DNA of 64,000 nucleotides from Diplonema japonicum (GCA_964019335.1 OZ025656.1:620001-684000), one strand, 5' to 3'; shown: positions 1-12,114, numbered from the stretch's first letter. Notes: a model not told the origin generated them from the letters alone. Translations and numbers: made by a program.

Positions 1-354
1 AAAAAAAAAAAAAAAAAAAAAACTGCCCCCCTCCCCTCGGCCCATGCGGTGCATGCAAAAAGGTTTTTTTGTTCCATTTAATGTTTCTCCGAAAGAAGGA
101 GGAGAAAAAAAAAAATATTTGCACTCAGAGTCTCGGTGGTTCTCATTAGTCGCGGTGCTGATCACCATTATGCACGAAGCCAAACACAGTGCAGGGGGAG
201 GAAAAAGAAGAGGGATGACAAAATCCTCAATTCTCTTCTTTTCTTTCCTTTTTTTTTTCTTGCTATGTTTCCAGATCTTCTTCCCTCAACACAAGCAACA
301 CAGAGGGACTCAGGGTCAACCTGGACACAGTAGGACATAAACCGAATCCTGCCC

Positions 355-403
<49 letters not shown>

Positions 404-830
404 TCGCAAAAAAAGTGAAAGAAAAAGAAAAGGAAAACTCGCTTTTTGCCAGAAGAAAGTTATTGGGGACGGCCATTGGTGTCTTCCACCTTTATGAGTC
501 TTCCGCTTTTTGCCAAACCACACCTTCCCCCTTTATTTATTTTTTTTTTTTTTTTATATCGTGGTACTTCTTTCTTTAGGGCATGGAAGGCACTTTTTCC
601 CTAAAGATTGTCACAGGATGGGCAACAGAAGAGGGCAAGGGGTAGACCAAGTGGTGGATTTTATAGTACTTAAGTAGTTAAGCAAAGTACTCAACCTTTT
701 TGAACCTTTTGTATTCTGAGGCTTTTTTGCCAGCAAAGTGATAGCAGGCATGGTAACAGCTTACCTCTCCTGACCCGCTTTCCTAGTTTTTTTTTTTTTT
801 TTTTTTTAATGTCTTCTTTTTTTTTTATAT

Positions 831-1642
831 GAGCTCGTCCGGACGAAAATGTCAACACTTTTTTGGGCACCTCCGAAAATTTCTTGTTTTGATTATTTGA
901 GCAAAAAAAGGGCAGCATGCAACCATAGGAAGATGACATATATGGTGTACATGGCGCCGTCTTTCAATTGCGATGCTTGTTTTGCCATGAGGGTGGCAGG
1001 CTTCGCAACCGGCTGCCCCTGGGAAGCGAAAAATAGAGGTTAAAAAAACGGCGAAAAAAGTTTAAAATGCAATTTCATTGCTTAAAATGCAGCATCTAGG
1101 GTGCATAAAATTGGTGTTCAAGCGCACTTGTGACCCCTGGGTACAACCCAGGGTCGGGTTACTGTTAAAAGTACTTAGCGAAAAATATATGGCGCCGCAT
1201 AGCCCCCGAAAATCCGGTTTTTTACACCCTATTTTTTGGCTTTTTCAAGGGGTTCCTAAGGGATTTTGGCCTTTTTCAGAAAAACCAATTCTTAACACTT
1301 GCCTGCTCATGCAGAGCTTCGACATTGGTATCTTTTCCAGCCCACCCAAAGGTTTCACAGATTTTCAGTCAATCCGGAAAAACGAAAATAAAAAATGGAG
1401 TCTGGGTTATTTGTAACTTCCAAATTGAATTGTTTGCCAAAAACCATTCTAAAAAACATGTTTTTGCACGTGCGTTTTAAAAATAAAACAAACGGCGAGC
1501 ATTTTGACCTATATGGTGATCAAGCTTAGACTGCATTTCTGCACACAAAGTGGTGTCGGACTACTTTTGTACTTAGAAGTTTAACGGGGGTTTTACGCCG
1601 CATAGGAGGGTCATTTGTTGACATTTTTTTCCGGACGAGCTC
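831..1642. mobile_element. Non-autonomous TIR DNA transposon (MITE), Sola-like termini
   Basis: 27-bp TIRs GAGCTCGTCCGGACGAAAATGTCAACA (831-857) and TGTTGACATTTTTTTCCGGACGAGCTC (1616-1642), 2 mismatches. 4-bp duplication ATAT at 827-830 and 1643-1646. No credible ORF. GAG termini plus a 4-bp TSD suggest the Sola superfamily (inference). Confidence 0.85.
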
Positions 1643-2021
1643 ATATTATTATTATTACTCCTTAGCATGTTGTATCATATTTTTAAAAGCTTTTGTTTTG
1701 TCATTTTTTTTTTGTTCTCTTTTTACAACACACAAACGCGAAAAAAGGTGCAGCAGAAAAGAAAAGAAAAAGAAGAAGAAGAAACCTGTATTGTATACAC
1801 CCCGATACCCCTCTTTTCTTTCTTTTTTTTTTTTTGAGTTCTGTGAATCTCATTTATTTCCCTTGTTCTTTTAATTGCTATCAGTGTCCTTCTTTTTTTT
1901 TTTTCTTTCTTTAATCACTTCTCAATGGGAGGGGGTTTTAAAAAAAAAAAAAAAAAAAAAGGGAATGTGAAAAAAAAAAAAAAAGAAATAGAAGTTAGGA
2001 GGTTTATGGGTGTCGTGGCGG

Positions 2022-2068
<47 letters not shown>

Positions 2069-3098
2069 CGCAAAACCCAGCTAAAACCACTTCTGTTCTG
2101 AGAGTGATTCTTTATGTAAGGAGGGGGGGGGTAGTACAACAGATTATAGGTTTCCCCTAACCCCGGGATTTATAAGGATTCCCTCTCCCTCCCTTCTCCC
2201 TTTCCAGTTTTAAAAGAAAAAAAAATAATAATAATTCACGAGAGGCCTCTTCAGATCCTTCAATTTTACCGGGATCGAACCCAGTCCCAGGGCCGGCCGA
2301 AGTAAAATTGAGAGGAGGAGGAAAAAAAAAATTTTTTTTTTGAAGCATCGAACACCTAAAAGACGGGGGAAAAAAAAAAAGAAGAAAAAGATAATTGATC
2401 TTTGATTTGCTTTTTTTTTAAAAAAAGAAAAGGTGGGGGGTGGGGGCTCTAAAATCCCCGTCCCCCCCCCCCCCCCCCCCCCCTCCTCACAGTTATTGGG
2501 TATAATGAAGATGGCAAATGGCCTCTTTGTAAAAACCGAGAAGATAAAAGTGAGGAATGGCATACTGAAAGGTGAAAAAAAAAGGGAATAAGAAGAAAGG
2601 GATGATGAACATAAATATTCTCGGGGGGGGGGGGGGGTACTGGGGGGGAGTAGGTAATGGGTTATAGGTACCGGGGGGGGGGGGGGGGGGGGCTTCTGGA
2701 GACAGAAATAGAAACCTGTGCTCTGTACAGGGCCAGGTAGCATTTTAAACCAAAAAAAAAATTGCTATTGCAATGTGAAAAAGTGGAGAGACGCACGCTC
2801 AGATTCTATGGGGGGGGGTCTGTTGACTGTTACTTTTTAAAATACTGTATTTTCCCCAAGAATGAGAGAAAAAAAAAGGAAAGATCGGGGGGGGGGATCT
2901 TTTTTTAACTTGCTTTTTCTCGGGCTGGAATGGATTTAAAAACGACGGGGGGCCCAAGGAGTAGACATTTTTACGGATCTGAAGGGTTTTTAAAACATAT
3001 ACTGAAAACTGAATATGGACGCATTACTGAAATACAGAAAAAGTTCCAACGGCAAATCCAGGGGGCGAGAATGAATATTATTTGGGAAACCCTGATCG

Positions 3099-3130
<32 letters not shown>

Positions 3131-4046
3131 AAGGGGTTAATTTAATCAAAAAGAAATTGAAAAACATTTTGTTTTTCCTGCTCTGTTCTTCATGATATCC
3201 TCTTTAAAAAGAAAAAGAATGGTGGGGGGAAAAGAAAATATTTTTCTTTTTTTTTAAAACGGGGGAGGATCTTTCTTCTTCTTTTTGCTTTTTTTTTTTT
3301 GTTGAGAAAATTTTGAAGACGTCTAGAAGAAGAAAAAAAAAACGAAAAAAAAAAGTAAAACAAAAAAATAATAACTTCATCTTTTTTTTTTTGTTTTAAC
3401 AATATTATTGTCGAGACTAAAAACTAGTTGATGGCAGCGTAATGAGCTATTTTATTAGGTAAAATTCCGCTCGTGCACAAACAAATGGAGCGCCAAACTA
3501 TTTTTTTTTTTTTTTAAATTCTCTTTCCACAAGGTTTTGACTTTTGTCTAAACAATTAAAAAAAAAAGAGAAAAGGGGGATGAACGTTCTTTTTTTTTTT
3601 TTTTTTTTAAATACAGGTAACAACCTTCTACCAGTTCCTCATTGCCTCCTTTTTTTTTTTTTTTTTTTTTTCGTTGTATCCTAACCTAACGGTCGAAGGT
3701 GATTTATTTTTTTTATATCTCCTTCCGCTCTCCCGATATTGGATGCCTTTACGGGCCTTCAGCGGGATTTCTTTTTTTTTTTCGTCTTTCCTGCTACGTC
3801 AGCATCTTTTTAATTTTTTATTTCCTCCCCCTCTCTCAGGTCCGAAATTCAAGACACCACCAAAAAAAAAAAAAAAAAAGAGAAAGAAAAAAAAAAAAGA
3901 AAAGAAAAAAGGGGGGAAAAAAAAGAACACATCTTTGTAACTATTTGTTTTTTGCCTTCCCCCAAATGCTAGGGGGTTACCCCCTTCATATCTATTGTGA
4001 GCACCCTGTGCCCAGCGCCCTAACATCCGCGAGGATATGAAGGGAG

Positions 4047-4079
<33 letters not shown>

Positions 4080-4543
4080 CAGAAGGTGTTTTACCCCCCC
4101 TTTTTTTTATCTATTCCCATCCTTCTCTCCCTCTGTAAGTGTCAATCACAAGATGAAGGTCCCCCCTCTGCAGGAGGTCTTCGAAACGATTTCCTTTTTT
4201 TTTTTTTTTACTTTTACTCTCTCTACCTCTCTTCTTCGGTTCTGGTCTTCTTTTCTACTCTTCCCCCCTCTCCAGTTTTTTTTTTTTAAATATCTCCTCT
4301 TCTTTTTGGAGAAAAAAAAGAAGGGGGAAAAAAGGGGGGGGGAGGGGGAGGATGAAAAGGGGGAAAGAGAAAATCCCCTTCTCTTCATTTTCCGTCCCTC
4401 TTTTTCTCATTAGAGCGGGGTGGGTGGATGGAAAAAGAAAAAAAGGAGGGGTTTTTTTTTCCCCGTTCTCCATCCACTGCTACTGCGAGATAAGCTTTCA
4501 TCACCAGGCATCATCGGTAAACTAAAAAAAGGGGGAAAAAAAA

Positions 4544-5285
4544 ATAGCTATTTACTGCCAACAAGTAATGACTTTACCGACCTCTCGGTTCCGCATTTTA
4601 CCATCTCGGGCCCTGCGGGCCCTCGACGGTAAAATGCGGAACCTCGAGGTCGGTAAAGCATTACTTGGCGGTAGGTAAGTGGTTTTATTTCACGACACTC
4701 TGAAATTACTTCACCACGAGGGGCACAACAGGGTGACAAGGGGTACAACAAGAGAGGGGTTACAAAGGTTACAATACAAGTTGTTTTTCCTCCTTTTGTT
4801 GACTAAGAGCTGCCGCTGTCGCTGGCATTGCCACTGTCACCATCTCTAATCAGGCCTTCCCATACCTAGCGCGGCCGCTGGCTCCTTTTTTTCTGCTGCT
4901 TCGGTATTTTGAAGTCTTTTGGGGAGCTTGGGTAAGCTGACTAAGTTACCCTTACCCACAGAAGAGTTACCCACAGAAACTGGGAACAAGGCCTAGCCAA
5001 AAGTGGGCAAATTGGGAGGAAAAAGTAGTCCAACTTGGAACTGAGCCGAGGCAAAAGTTGGCCAATTGAGCTGAACCTGGGGGGAAATTAGCAAACTGAG
5101 AGGAAAAAGTAGCCCCACTGGGAACCGAACCGAGGCAAAAATTGGCCTACCGAGGCATATTATTTAACGGAAACCCCCTATTACTTCACGGAAAACAGGC
5201 CATTATTTCACCGTGAAGTAATGAGATTTAGCGTGAAGTAATGGGCCCCCCAGTGCGTGAAGTAATTTCTGAGGAGTGAAATAAA
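4544..5285 (+). mobile_element. Hairpin element family A, copy 1 (Crypton-like, non-autonomous; full hairpin)
   Basis: Near-identical to 7901-8573 and to the reverse complement of 12575-13215. Starts TAGCTATTTACTGCCAAC. Long imperfect palindrome centred on GGGCCCTGCGGGCCC, then GGTAGGTAA-GTGGTT-TTATTTCAC. Ends GAAGTAATTTCTGAGGAGTGAAATAAA, which is inverted relative to the internal TTTATTTCAC..GAAATTACTTCAC. Confidence 0.85.
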
Positions 5286-6129
5286 AGAGAAAAAAAATCA
5301 CATCAAAACCAGGCCATCATAGCAAGAGAGTGCAACAAGCTTGAAAGCTTCGCGTTTCTTCCAGCGATTCTGTTTACGGTTTAAAAAAACTTTCTACCCA
5401 GCACATAACAGAACAACGGCCAGTTCCTCACCCCTCCCCCCTTTTTTTTTACCCCCCAAAATTTGTGAACTTGTTGGTGATTTTTTTTTTTGTGCTAAAA
5501 AAAAAGTCGCTGTTGAAAGAAGGGGGAGAAAAAAAAACGAAGAAGAACGCAACAAAAGTTTCACAGTAAGAATACTATAGATCAAAAGAAAAAAGAAAAA
5601 AAAAAAAACAAGTAGTCACTTACTTCCTAACACTCTTCTATAGGCCCTTTATATATATATATACGTGTCTGCTACTGTATCTCTGAAGCCCAGCTAGTAT
5701 TTTATATTTCTTTTTTACGGTGACAGAATAATGTGAATTTCACTTGTTGATTAAACGTTAATTTCACTTCAAATGGATTTGAGCACCCCTATTTAGTTTT
5801 TGCCAAATTGGAATTTCTTCTGGAAAGTTTTTTTTATTTTATTATTGTTATTGTTATTCCCTAGAATCTAATCACCCTCGACCGAAGGTGGCAAGAGGGC
5901 ACTATTCAGTTTTCTTTTTTTTTTTCTTCTTTTTTTTTTCTCGCGCGCATGTATCATATTTATTCTTGTTGAAGATTCCAGTTAACGGTTCTTTTCTTTT
6001 TTTTTTTTTCCTGTTTTTTTTTTTCTCCTTTCTTCAGTTATAAGTATATAGGGAGGTAGCCACACGTCAGATTTTTTTTTGGGGGGGGGTGAAAGAAGTT
6101 TATTTTTTTGTTGGCTGGGCTAAAACATT

Positions 6130-6555
6130 TTTAGTTCACTCTTCGTCATTTTCCTCACTCATTATTTAACGCGAAAAAAAATGGCCATTATTTAACTAGT
6201 TAAATAATGAGATTTTGCAGTTAAATTATGGGGCTTCGGGGTGAAAAAATGGGTCTTGTCGGGGGAAAAAATGTACCCAACCCCTTGAAAATCTTTTTTG
6301 GGGTGGGGGTATTTTCACTATTTTTGGCCATCTGAGGCCATTCCTTAAAAGTTACCTTATTAAATCCCCAAAAAGGCTAACCTGCGTGAAAAAGAACAGC
6401 AGTGAAAGCAGTGAAGAGTGAGTGACTCAAATGACGAAAAGTGAAATAAAACGACTTACTTGCCGCCAAATGAGCCATTATTTAACACTCGTTACCTTCA
6501 TTCAGGAACTCGAGTTAAATAATGACTCATTATTTGTTGGCAATAAAAATAGCTA
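6130..6555 (-). mobile_element. Hairpin element family B, copy 1 (internally deleted, hairpin tip collapsed)
   Basis: Reverse-complement match to 7354-7900 (e.g. GTGAAATAAAACGACTTACTTGCCGCCAAATGAGCCATTATTTAAC and CACTCTTCGTCATTTTCCTCACTCA). Terminus AATAGCT at about 6548-6554. Confidence 0.8.
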
Positions 6556-7353
6556 TTTTTTCCTCTTAACCATAAGTTGATTCTTTCTCGTTTTTTTTTT
6601 TTTTTTTTTCATTCTTCTTCGAAAAAAAAAATACAGAGTTCTTTTTTTGCCCAACTAGGGCCTTCGATGGGATAAGAGAGCATGTGACAAAAAAGATTTT
6701 TTGTACCACTTTCTTGTCTTGGGGAGGACAGGACCAAAAAGAAGAAAGAGTGGACCAAAGTGATGGGTCTGATACTAGCTAGGTGCCCAACCCTCACAGT
6801 CAGAGCCTTCCTGCTTATTAGGTAACTATCGTCTTCGGCTGTAACGGGCCATTTCTCAGTTATTCTATTTCCCCCCCCTTCCCTTCTCCCTTCCTCTTTC
6901 CTTGTCACTACCTTTTTTTTTTCTTTTTTTTCCCCCTTTTCTGTTTTAACGTTTATTTTTTTTTTTTTGGCAATTCAGGAACCCGTCGCTATTTTTTTTT
7001 TTTTATATTCTTCCCCCTCCCTCTCTATTCTGCGAACGAAAAAAAAAAGGGGGGGAAGAAATGAAAAAAAGAAAATAATAAAAAAAAAGATTGTGCAATT
7101 ATTTAAAAGGTTTCTTGTTTTTTTATATCGCTCTGGGGGGGGGGGGGGGGGGGGGGTTTACTGGGAAACAAAATGGTTTTTCAATAATTGTCTGGCAGCG
7201 GGGAGAAAACCCCTCCTCCGCTCCCCCCCCCCCCCCCCCCCCCCAGCAACTTTATTTTTTGTGCCCACTTTTCTGATATGGCGGAACGATTTTTCAGAGG
7301 AAAAAAAGGGACGGTTTTTTTTTATTCTTCGAAAAAAAAACAACTAAAAAAAA

Positions 7354-7900
7354 CAGCTATTTATTGCCAACAAATAATGAGCCATTATTTAACACTCGTT
7401 ACCGTTTTTTTGCACGAGGGCCCGCAGGGCCCTCGTGCAAAAAATTCGGGAACTCGAGTTAAATAATGGCTCATTTGGCGGCAAGTAAGTCGTTTTATTT
7501 CACTTTTCGTCATTTGAGTCACTCACTCTTCACTGCTTTCACTGCTGTTTTTTTTCACGCAGGTCAGCTTTTTGGGGATTTTCCTAAGGTAATACAGGGT
7601 AGCTATTTCGCCGTGGCATTTAAAGGGGAAGTAAGGCACTTATTCCCACTTTTAAGGGCTGGAATGGCCTCAGATGGCCAAAATAGTCAAAATACCCCCA
7701 CCCCAAACAAGTTTTTCAAGGGGTTGGGTGCATTTTTTTCCACGGCGAGACTCATTTTTCCACTCTGAAGGGCCATTATTTCACTCTGAAGGGCCATTAT
7801 TTAACTGCAAAATCTCATTATTTAACTAGTTAAATAATGGCGATTTCGCGTTAAATAATGAGGCCCCTAGTGAGTGAGGAAAATGACGAAGAGTGAAATA
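7354..7900 (+). mobile_element. Hairpin element family B, copy 2 (full hairpin)
   Basis: Starts CAGCTATTTATTGCCAAC. Palindrome centred on TGCACGAGGGCCC-GCA-GGGCCCTCGTGCA. Internal GGCAAGTAA-GTCGTT-TTATTTCAC. Ends GAAAATGACGAAGAGTGAAATA and abuts family A copy 2. Confidence 0.85.
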
Positions 7901-8573
7901 ATAGCTATTTACTGCCAACAAGTAATGACTTTCCCGGTCGGTAAAGCATTACTTGGCGGTAGGTAAGTGGTTTTATTTCACGACACTCTGAAATTACTTC
8001 ACCACGAGGGGCACAACAGGGTGACAAGGGGTACAACAAGAGAGGGGTTACAAAGGTTACAATACAAGTTGTTTTTCCTCCTTTTGTTGACTAAGAGCTG
8101 CCGCTGTCGCTGGCATTGCCACTGTCACCATCTCTAATCAGGCCTTCCCATACCTAGCGCGGCCGCTGGCTCCTTTTTTTCTGCTGCTTCGGTATTTTGA
8201 AGTCTTTTGGGGAGCTTGGGTAAGCTGACTAAGTTACCCTTACCCACAGAAGAGTTACCCACAGAAACTGGGAACAAGGCCTAGCCAAAAGTGGGCAAAT
8301 TGGGAGGAAAAAGTAGTCCAACTTGGAACTGAGCCGAGGCAAAAGTTGGCCAATTGAGCTGAACCTGGGGGGAAATTAGCAAACTGAGAGGAAAAAGTAG
8401 CCCCACTGGGAACCGAACCGAGGCAAAAATTGGCCTACCGAGGCATATTATTTAACGGAAACCCCCTATTACTTCACGGAAAACAGGCCATTATTTCACC
8501 GTGAAGTAATGAGATTTAGCGTGAAGTAATGGGCCCCCCAGTGCGTGAAGTAATTTCTGAAGAGTGAAATAAA
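7901..8573 (+). mobile_element. Hairpin element family A, copy 2 (hairpin centre deleted)
   Basis: Body essentially identical to copy 1. Hairpin reduced to GACTTTCCCGGTCGGTAAAGC. Confidence 0.85.
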
Positions 8574-8827
8574 GAAAATAAAAAGACCTTTTTTTTTTTT
8601 TTTTTTTTTTTTTACGGCTTTTTATTTGGGAGGGGGTTTTTTTTTACAGTCTAAACACCCTTCTTCATATTTTTCCCCTCCTATATATAAAATATATTTT
8701 TTTATTTATTTTTTTTATTTATCAAAAAAAAAAAAAAGAAAAAAAAAACATAATGCTTTTAATCACAACAGGTCCGAGTTCGACCCCCTCCCTTTTTTTC
8801 ACACAAAAAAAAAAAAAAACAATAATA

Positions 8828-9427
8828 ATGGTCTCAAGCGGTATCACATACGAGCAGGTGGAGCAGCTTTCCACTCCACGAGGGTCGCCAACAGACACCG
8901 ATCTCGACCACCTTCGCGCAACGCCCGATTCTCAGGCTTCTTTGTCTACTGAATCTTCTGCAAAGAGCGACAGCACGTGCAGAGAGGCCACTCCCTGTTG
9001 TGACCATAATGACTGGGACAACGTAAGGGTCAACAAGAAGGTGATGACCTTGAGGTGCAGGGTATGCCAGAAGCAGTGGAGAATGAGAGTCGAAGTGGTA
9101 TGGAACACATGGAAATGCGAGGTGTACTCCAGTAATAATGGGAAGTGCCACTCTGACTGCAAGAAGCTTCACATCAACTACAGGAAGCAGAATTTGGAAA
9201 CAAGGTTTCAAATACATGGGCAGGTTGTTATTGACCACGTGCGTGTAGGGAGGGCACAGAGCGACGTGCAGACCAAGATAGAGACGCTCACCCGCCCTGG
9301 TAGTGGGAGCAGCTCGCCCCGTACTGATCCTTCTGCGCCGCCTTCTCCTTCATTGTCCTCGTCTTCTTCCTCTTTTACCCACGACCCTTACACTTGGGGT
9401 GTGGTTAGCCCTCCTGGATGGATTTGA
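8828..9427 (+). CDS. Small zinc-finger protein (about 199 aa): C-x-H...CxxC ribbon plus CCCH-like finger, Ser/Pro-rich ends
   Basis: GC-balanced ORF in AT-rich flanks; first ATG at 8828 (MVSSGITY). Motifs CDHNDWDNVRV..LRCRVCQKQW and C-x9-C-x3-C-x3-H (CEVYSSNNGKCHSDCKKLH). Confidence 0.85.
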   Translation: MVSSGITYEQVEQLSTPRGSPTDTDLDHLRATPDSQASLSTESSAKSDSTCREATPCCDHNDWDNVRVNKKVMTLRCRVCQKQWRMRVEVVWNTWKCEVYSSNNGKCHSDCKKLHINYRKQNLETRFQIHGQVVIDHVRVGRAQSDVQTKIETLTRPGSGSSSPRTDPSAPPSPSLSSSSSSFTHDPYTWGVVSPPGWI

Positions 9428-9459
<32 letters not shown>

Positions 9460-10106
9460 AAAAAAAGGGAAAAAAAGTTGGTAGTCTAATGCCTACCCTC
9501 TGATTCTTTTTTTTTTTATTTATTTTATTTTTATTTTTATTTTTTATTTTTTTTTTTGTAGCAGTGGTTGGCATCGCTCACACTTCTTCTCTTGTGTTTT
9601 TTTTTTTTTTTATTCTTTGTTCGTGTATTTTCTATTTTTTTTCCTTACTCTCTTTTTTTTTTTTGTTTTCTTTTTCTTTTTATCCCTCTTGGGTTGTGCT
9701 ATCACATATGGCTTTACTTTTATGCTATCCTTCTCAATAGCGCAGTTCTACAATATTATTCTATTCTTTTCATTTTTTTTTTTTTTTTTTTTTGCTCATT
9801 ATTTTTTTTTATTTCTTCTTCGTGAAACAATGGCTGGACAAAACTTTAAAAAAAAAAAAAAGAAGTTTAAAAAAAAAAGGTTTTTCACCAAAAGTTATTT
9901 TTTCAGCAGGGCGCCGCCAACACCGGCCTCCTTTAACTCATATATTTTTTTCTTTCTCTTCCCTTCCTTGTTGAAGAGTGCCTCAGGTAATGAAATCTAT
10001 GGTAAAATCTCTTCGTCTCTCTTTTTTTTTTTTTTTTTTTTTTTTTTTGTTTATCTTCAACGTAATCGCCAAAAAAAAGGAGAGATTAAAAGAAAGCAAA
10101 GTTGCT

Positions 10107-10142
<36 letters not shown>

Positions 10143-10379
10143 AAACGGTTTAAAGACCAAAACAGGGGTAAATTTAGTCATCGCATTCATTTTATTTTTA
10201 AGAATTTCCACGCAAAATAATACTCTAGAATGTGACGTGAGAGACAACCCCCGCACTTAATGGAAAACAAAAAAAGATTGAAGATTTGAAAGAAGTTATG
10301 GTCCAGTTCACTGCTAACTTTAACAAAGAAATTTGAGTTATCAGATGACCTCTTAAAAGGGGGAACTCAGAAGAGAGAG

Positions 10380-10410
<31 letters not shown>

Positions 10411-10505
10411 ACCCTCGTGTCTCTGAAGTGCTTTAGAGCTACGACCATTGTTAACAAAGAGAGAAAAGTATTTTTATTTTTTAAAGGGGGAAGGACTGGG
10501 GCAGT

Positions 10506-10555
<50 letters not shown>

Positions 10556-10640
10556 CCTCTTTTATTATCTTCAAGATAAAGAGGGAAAGAAAGAGTGGAG
10601 AAGAAAAGATCTTTTTTTTTCCCCTCTTCCTCCTTCTATC

Positions 10641-10675
<35 letters not shown>

Positions 10676-10676
<1 letters not shown>

Positions 10677-11309
10677 AAGAACGAGTCTTTGACTTGTCTA
10701 AACAAAAGGGGAACGTTGGCAACGTGTTTCGGGTTGACAAACTTCTCCAGGTTTTACCTGGCACGTACAAACAAAAATGACGGCACTAGACTGGGATGAT
10801 CTGGTCCAATACGCGGACCTCGAGTACCCATCGGGAAGCACTCGCGCCCTTCACCTCGCGGATTGCATCTTCGAGGAGTGCGACACCTCGCACGGTGACA
10901 CTGCGGTGCACTGTGCGAGGTGTGGCGCTAAAGGGCAAAGGACATGTTTGTCCTCTCGCTGCCCGCCACCCCTAAGTCAGGCGTTTCTTCTAGTGGAAGA
11001 TTCCACCCAGTGGGTGTGCCCCCATGCATTTGGGCGGTTAAAAAGCTTGGTGAAGCTTTGGTCCAGACGGACCCGGAGGTGGAGTCCCCTCCATCACCAG
11101 ACCTCAGTGAGGTCCAAACCAATGCGGAGAGTCTCCGCTTGGTCTTCGCTCAGATCGCTGAGTTGAAGGCGGAGAACGAGCGTCTCCGTAACCGCGTCGA
11201 GGCATCGAATGCCTTACCGGTACTCCCGTTGGAGTTTGACGTACGGAGGGTCTCGGCTTGGGCCCCACTAGTTTCCTCACCCGGCACGTACAAACAACGG
11301 CCCAGTTCC
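10676..11309 (+). mobile_element. Internally deleted element with direct repeats and a gag-like ORF remnant (possible tyrosine-recombinase retroelement relic)
   Basis: The 5' ~100 bp also occurs at 12249 and 33261. A 15-bp direct repeat GGCACGTACAAACAA (10760-10774, 11283-11297) brackets a frameshifted ORF starting at ATG 10777, with a Cys cluster (C..EEC...HCARC) and then a coiled coil (IAELKAENERLRNRVE). Poly-T on both sides. Confidence 0.65.
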
Positions 11310-11341
<32 letters not shown>

Positions 11342-12067
11342 CCTTTTTTCCCTCCCCCATTTTTATTTTTTTTATTTTTTTTTGTCCCTATTTTTTTTTT
11401 TCTTCCACTTTATTGCTTTCTAGTTAGCTCCCCCCACCCCCATCTTTTTTTTTCTTCTCTTCTCAATGTAGCATTTTTTTTTCCTCTTCCTCTTGACCCC
11501 ATCCCCCTGCTAGTAGGTATCAATTTTTTTTAATTGGTGTTGTTTTTGAGATAAAGAAAATGTAGTTTCCCCCATTTTTTTAAAAAAAAGAAAAAGAAAA
11601 AATGACCAGGCTCCTAGGTGAGGATGGAAGTCCATCTTTCGCTTTTGCTGTCTATTCTCAGTCATTTTTTTTTTTTTTTTGAGATCACAGGAGTGATCAG
11701 CGAGCTCTAGGTACTACTAGCGGGGGTGGGAAAAGAGTTTTTTTTTTTTATAGTGGTTTATTGAAGGTGGTGGGATAGCATGGAGAAATAAGAACATCAG
11801 ATGTTGTTCGCTGTTGACCTCGTCGGTCATCACCGGAGCGCCCGAGTGGGGGAGTGTATTGGGGTGACGAACAGGCAGCGCAGAAGACGGCTCGGCCGAG
11901 GTGTGCCCCCTGTAATCAAGTAGACAGTTCATGCTTGTTGCAATCAAAGCGCCATTTTTTTTTTTTTTTTTTAAAACATCTTTGCTACATACCGTATTTT
12001 TTTAACGTTAAAAAAAGTCGGTTTTTAATTAAAAACCGAACAACAAAAAAAAAAAAGGCTGTCCCGA

Positions 12068-12114
<47 letters not shown>

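Noticed and set aside
2258-2312. B-box-like GGTTCGATCCC (minus strand) inside a short inverted repeat TCAATTTTAC/GTAAAATTGA; similar T-arm-like words near 8775 and 60680
   Set aside because: No cloverleaf or A box could be built, so not called tRNA or SINE. tRNAscan-SE would settle it.
3972-4190. Stem CCCTTCATATC/GATATGAAGGG and a hammerhead-like GATGAAG...CGAAAC
   Set aside because: Single occurrence and the CUGANGA core is absent; no support for a ribozyme or ncRNA.
4990-5160. Short internal repeats in family A (CCGAGGCAAAA.TTGGCC, GGAAAAAGTAG) resembling a CRISPR-like array
   Set aside because: Only a two-unit internal duplication inside a mobile element, with no unique spacers and no cas genes; the context is eukaryotic.
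5690-5910. Possible further degenerate hairpin element (CCCTCGACCGAAGG..GAGGG, repeated AATTTCACTT)
   Set aside because: Too decayed to define ends or a second inverted repeat.
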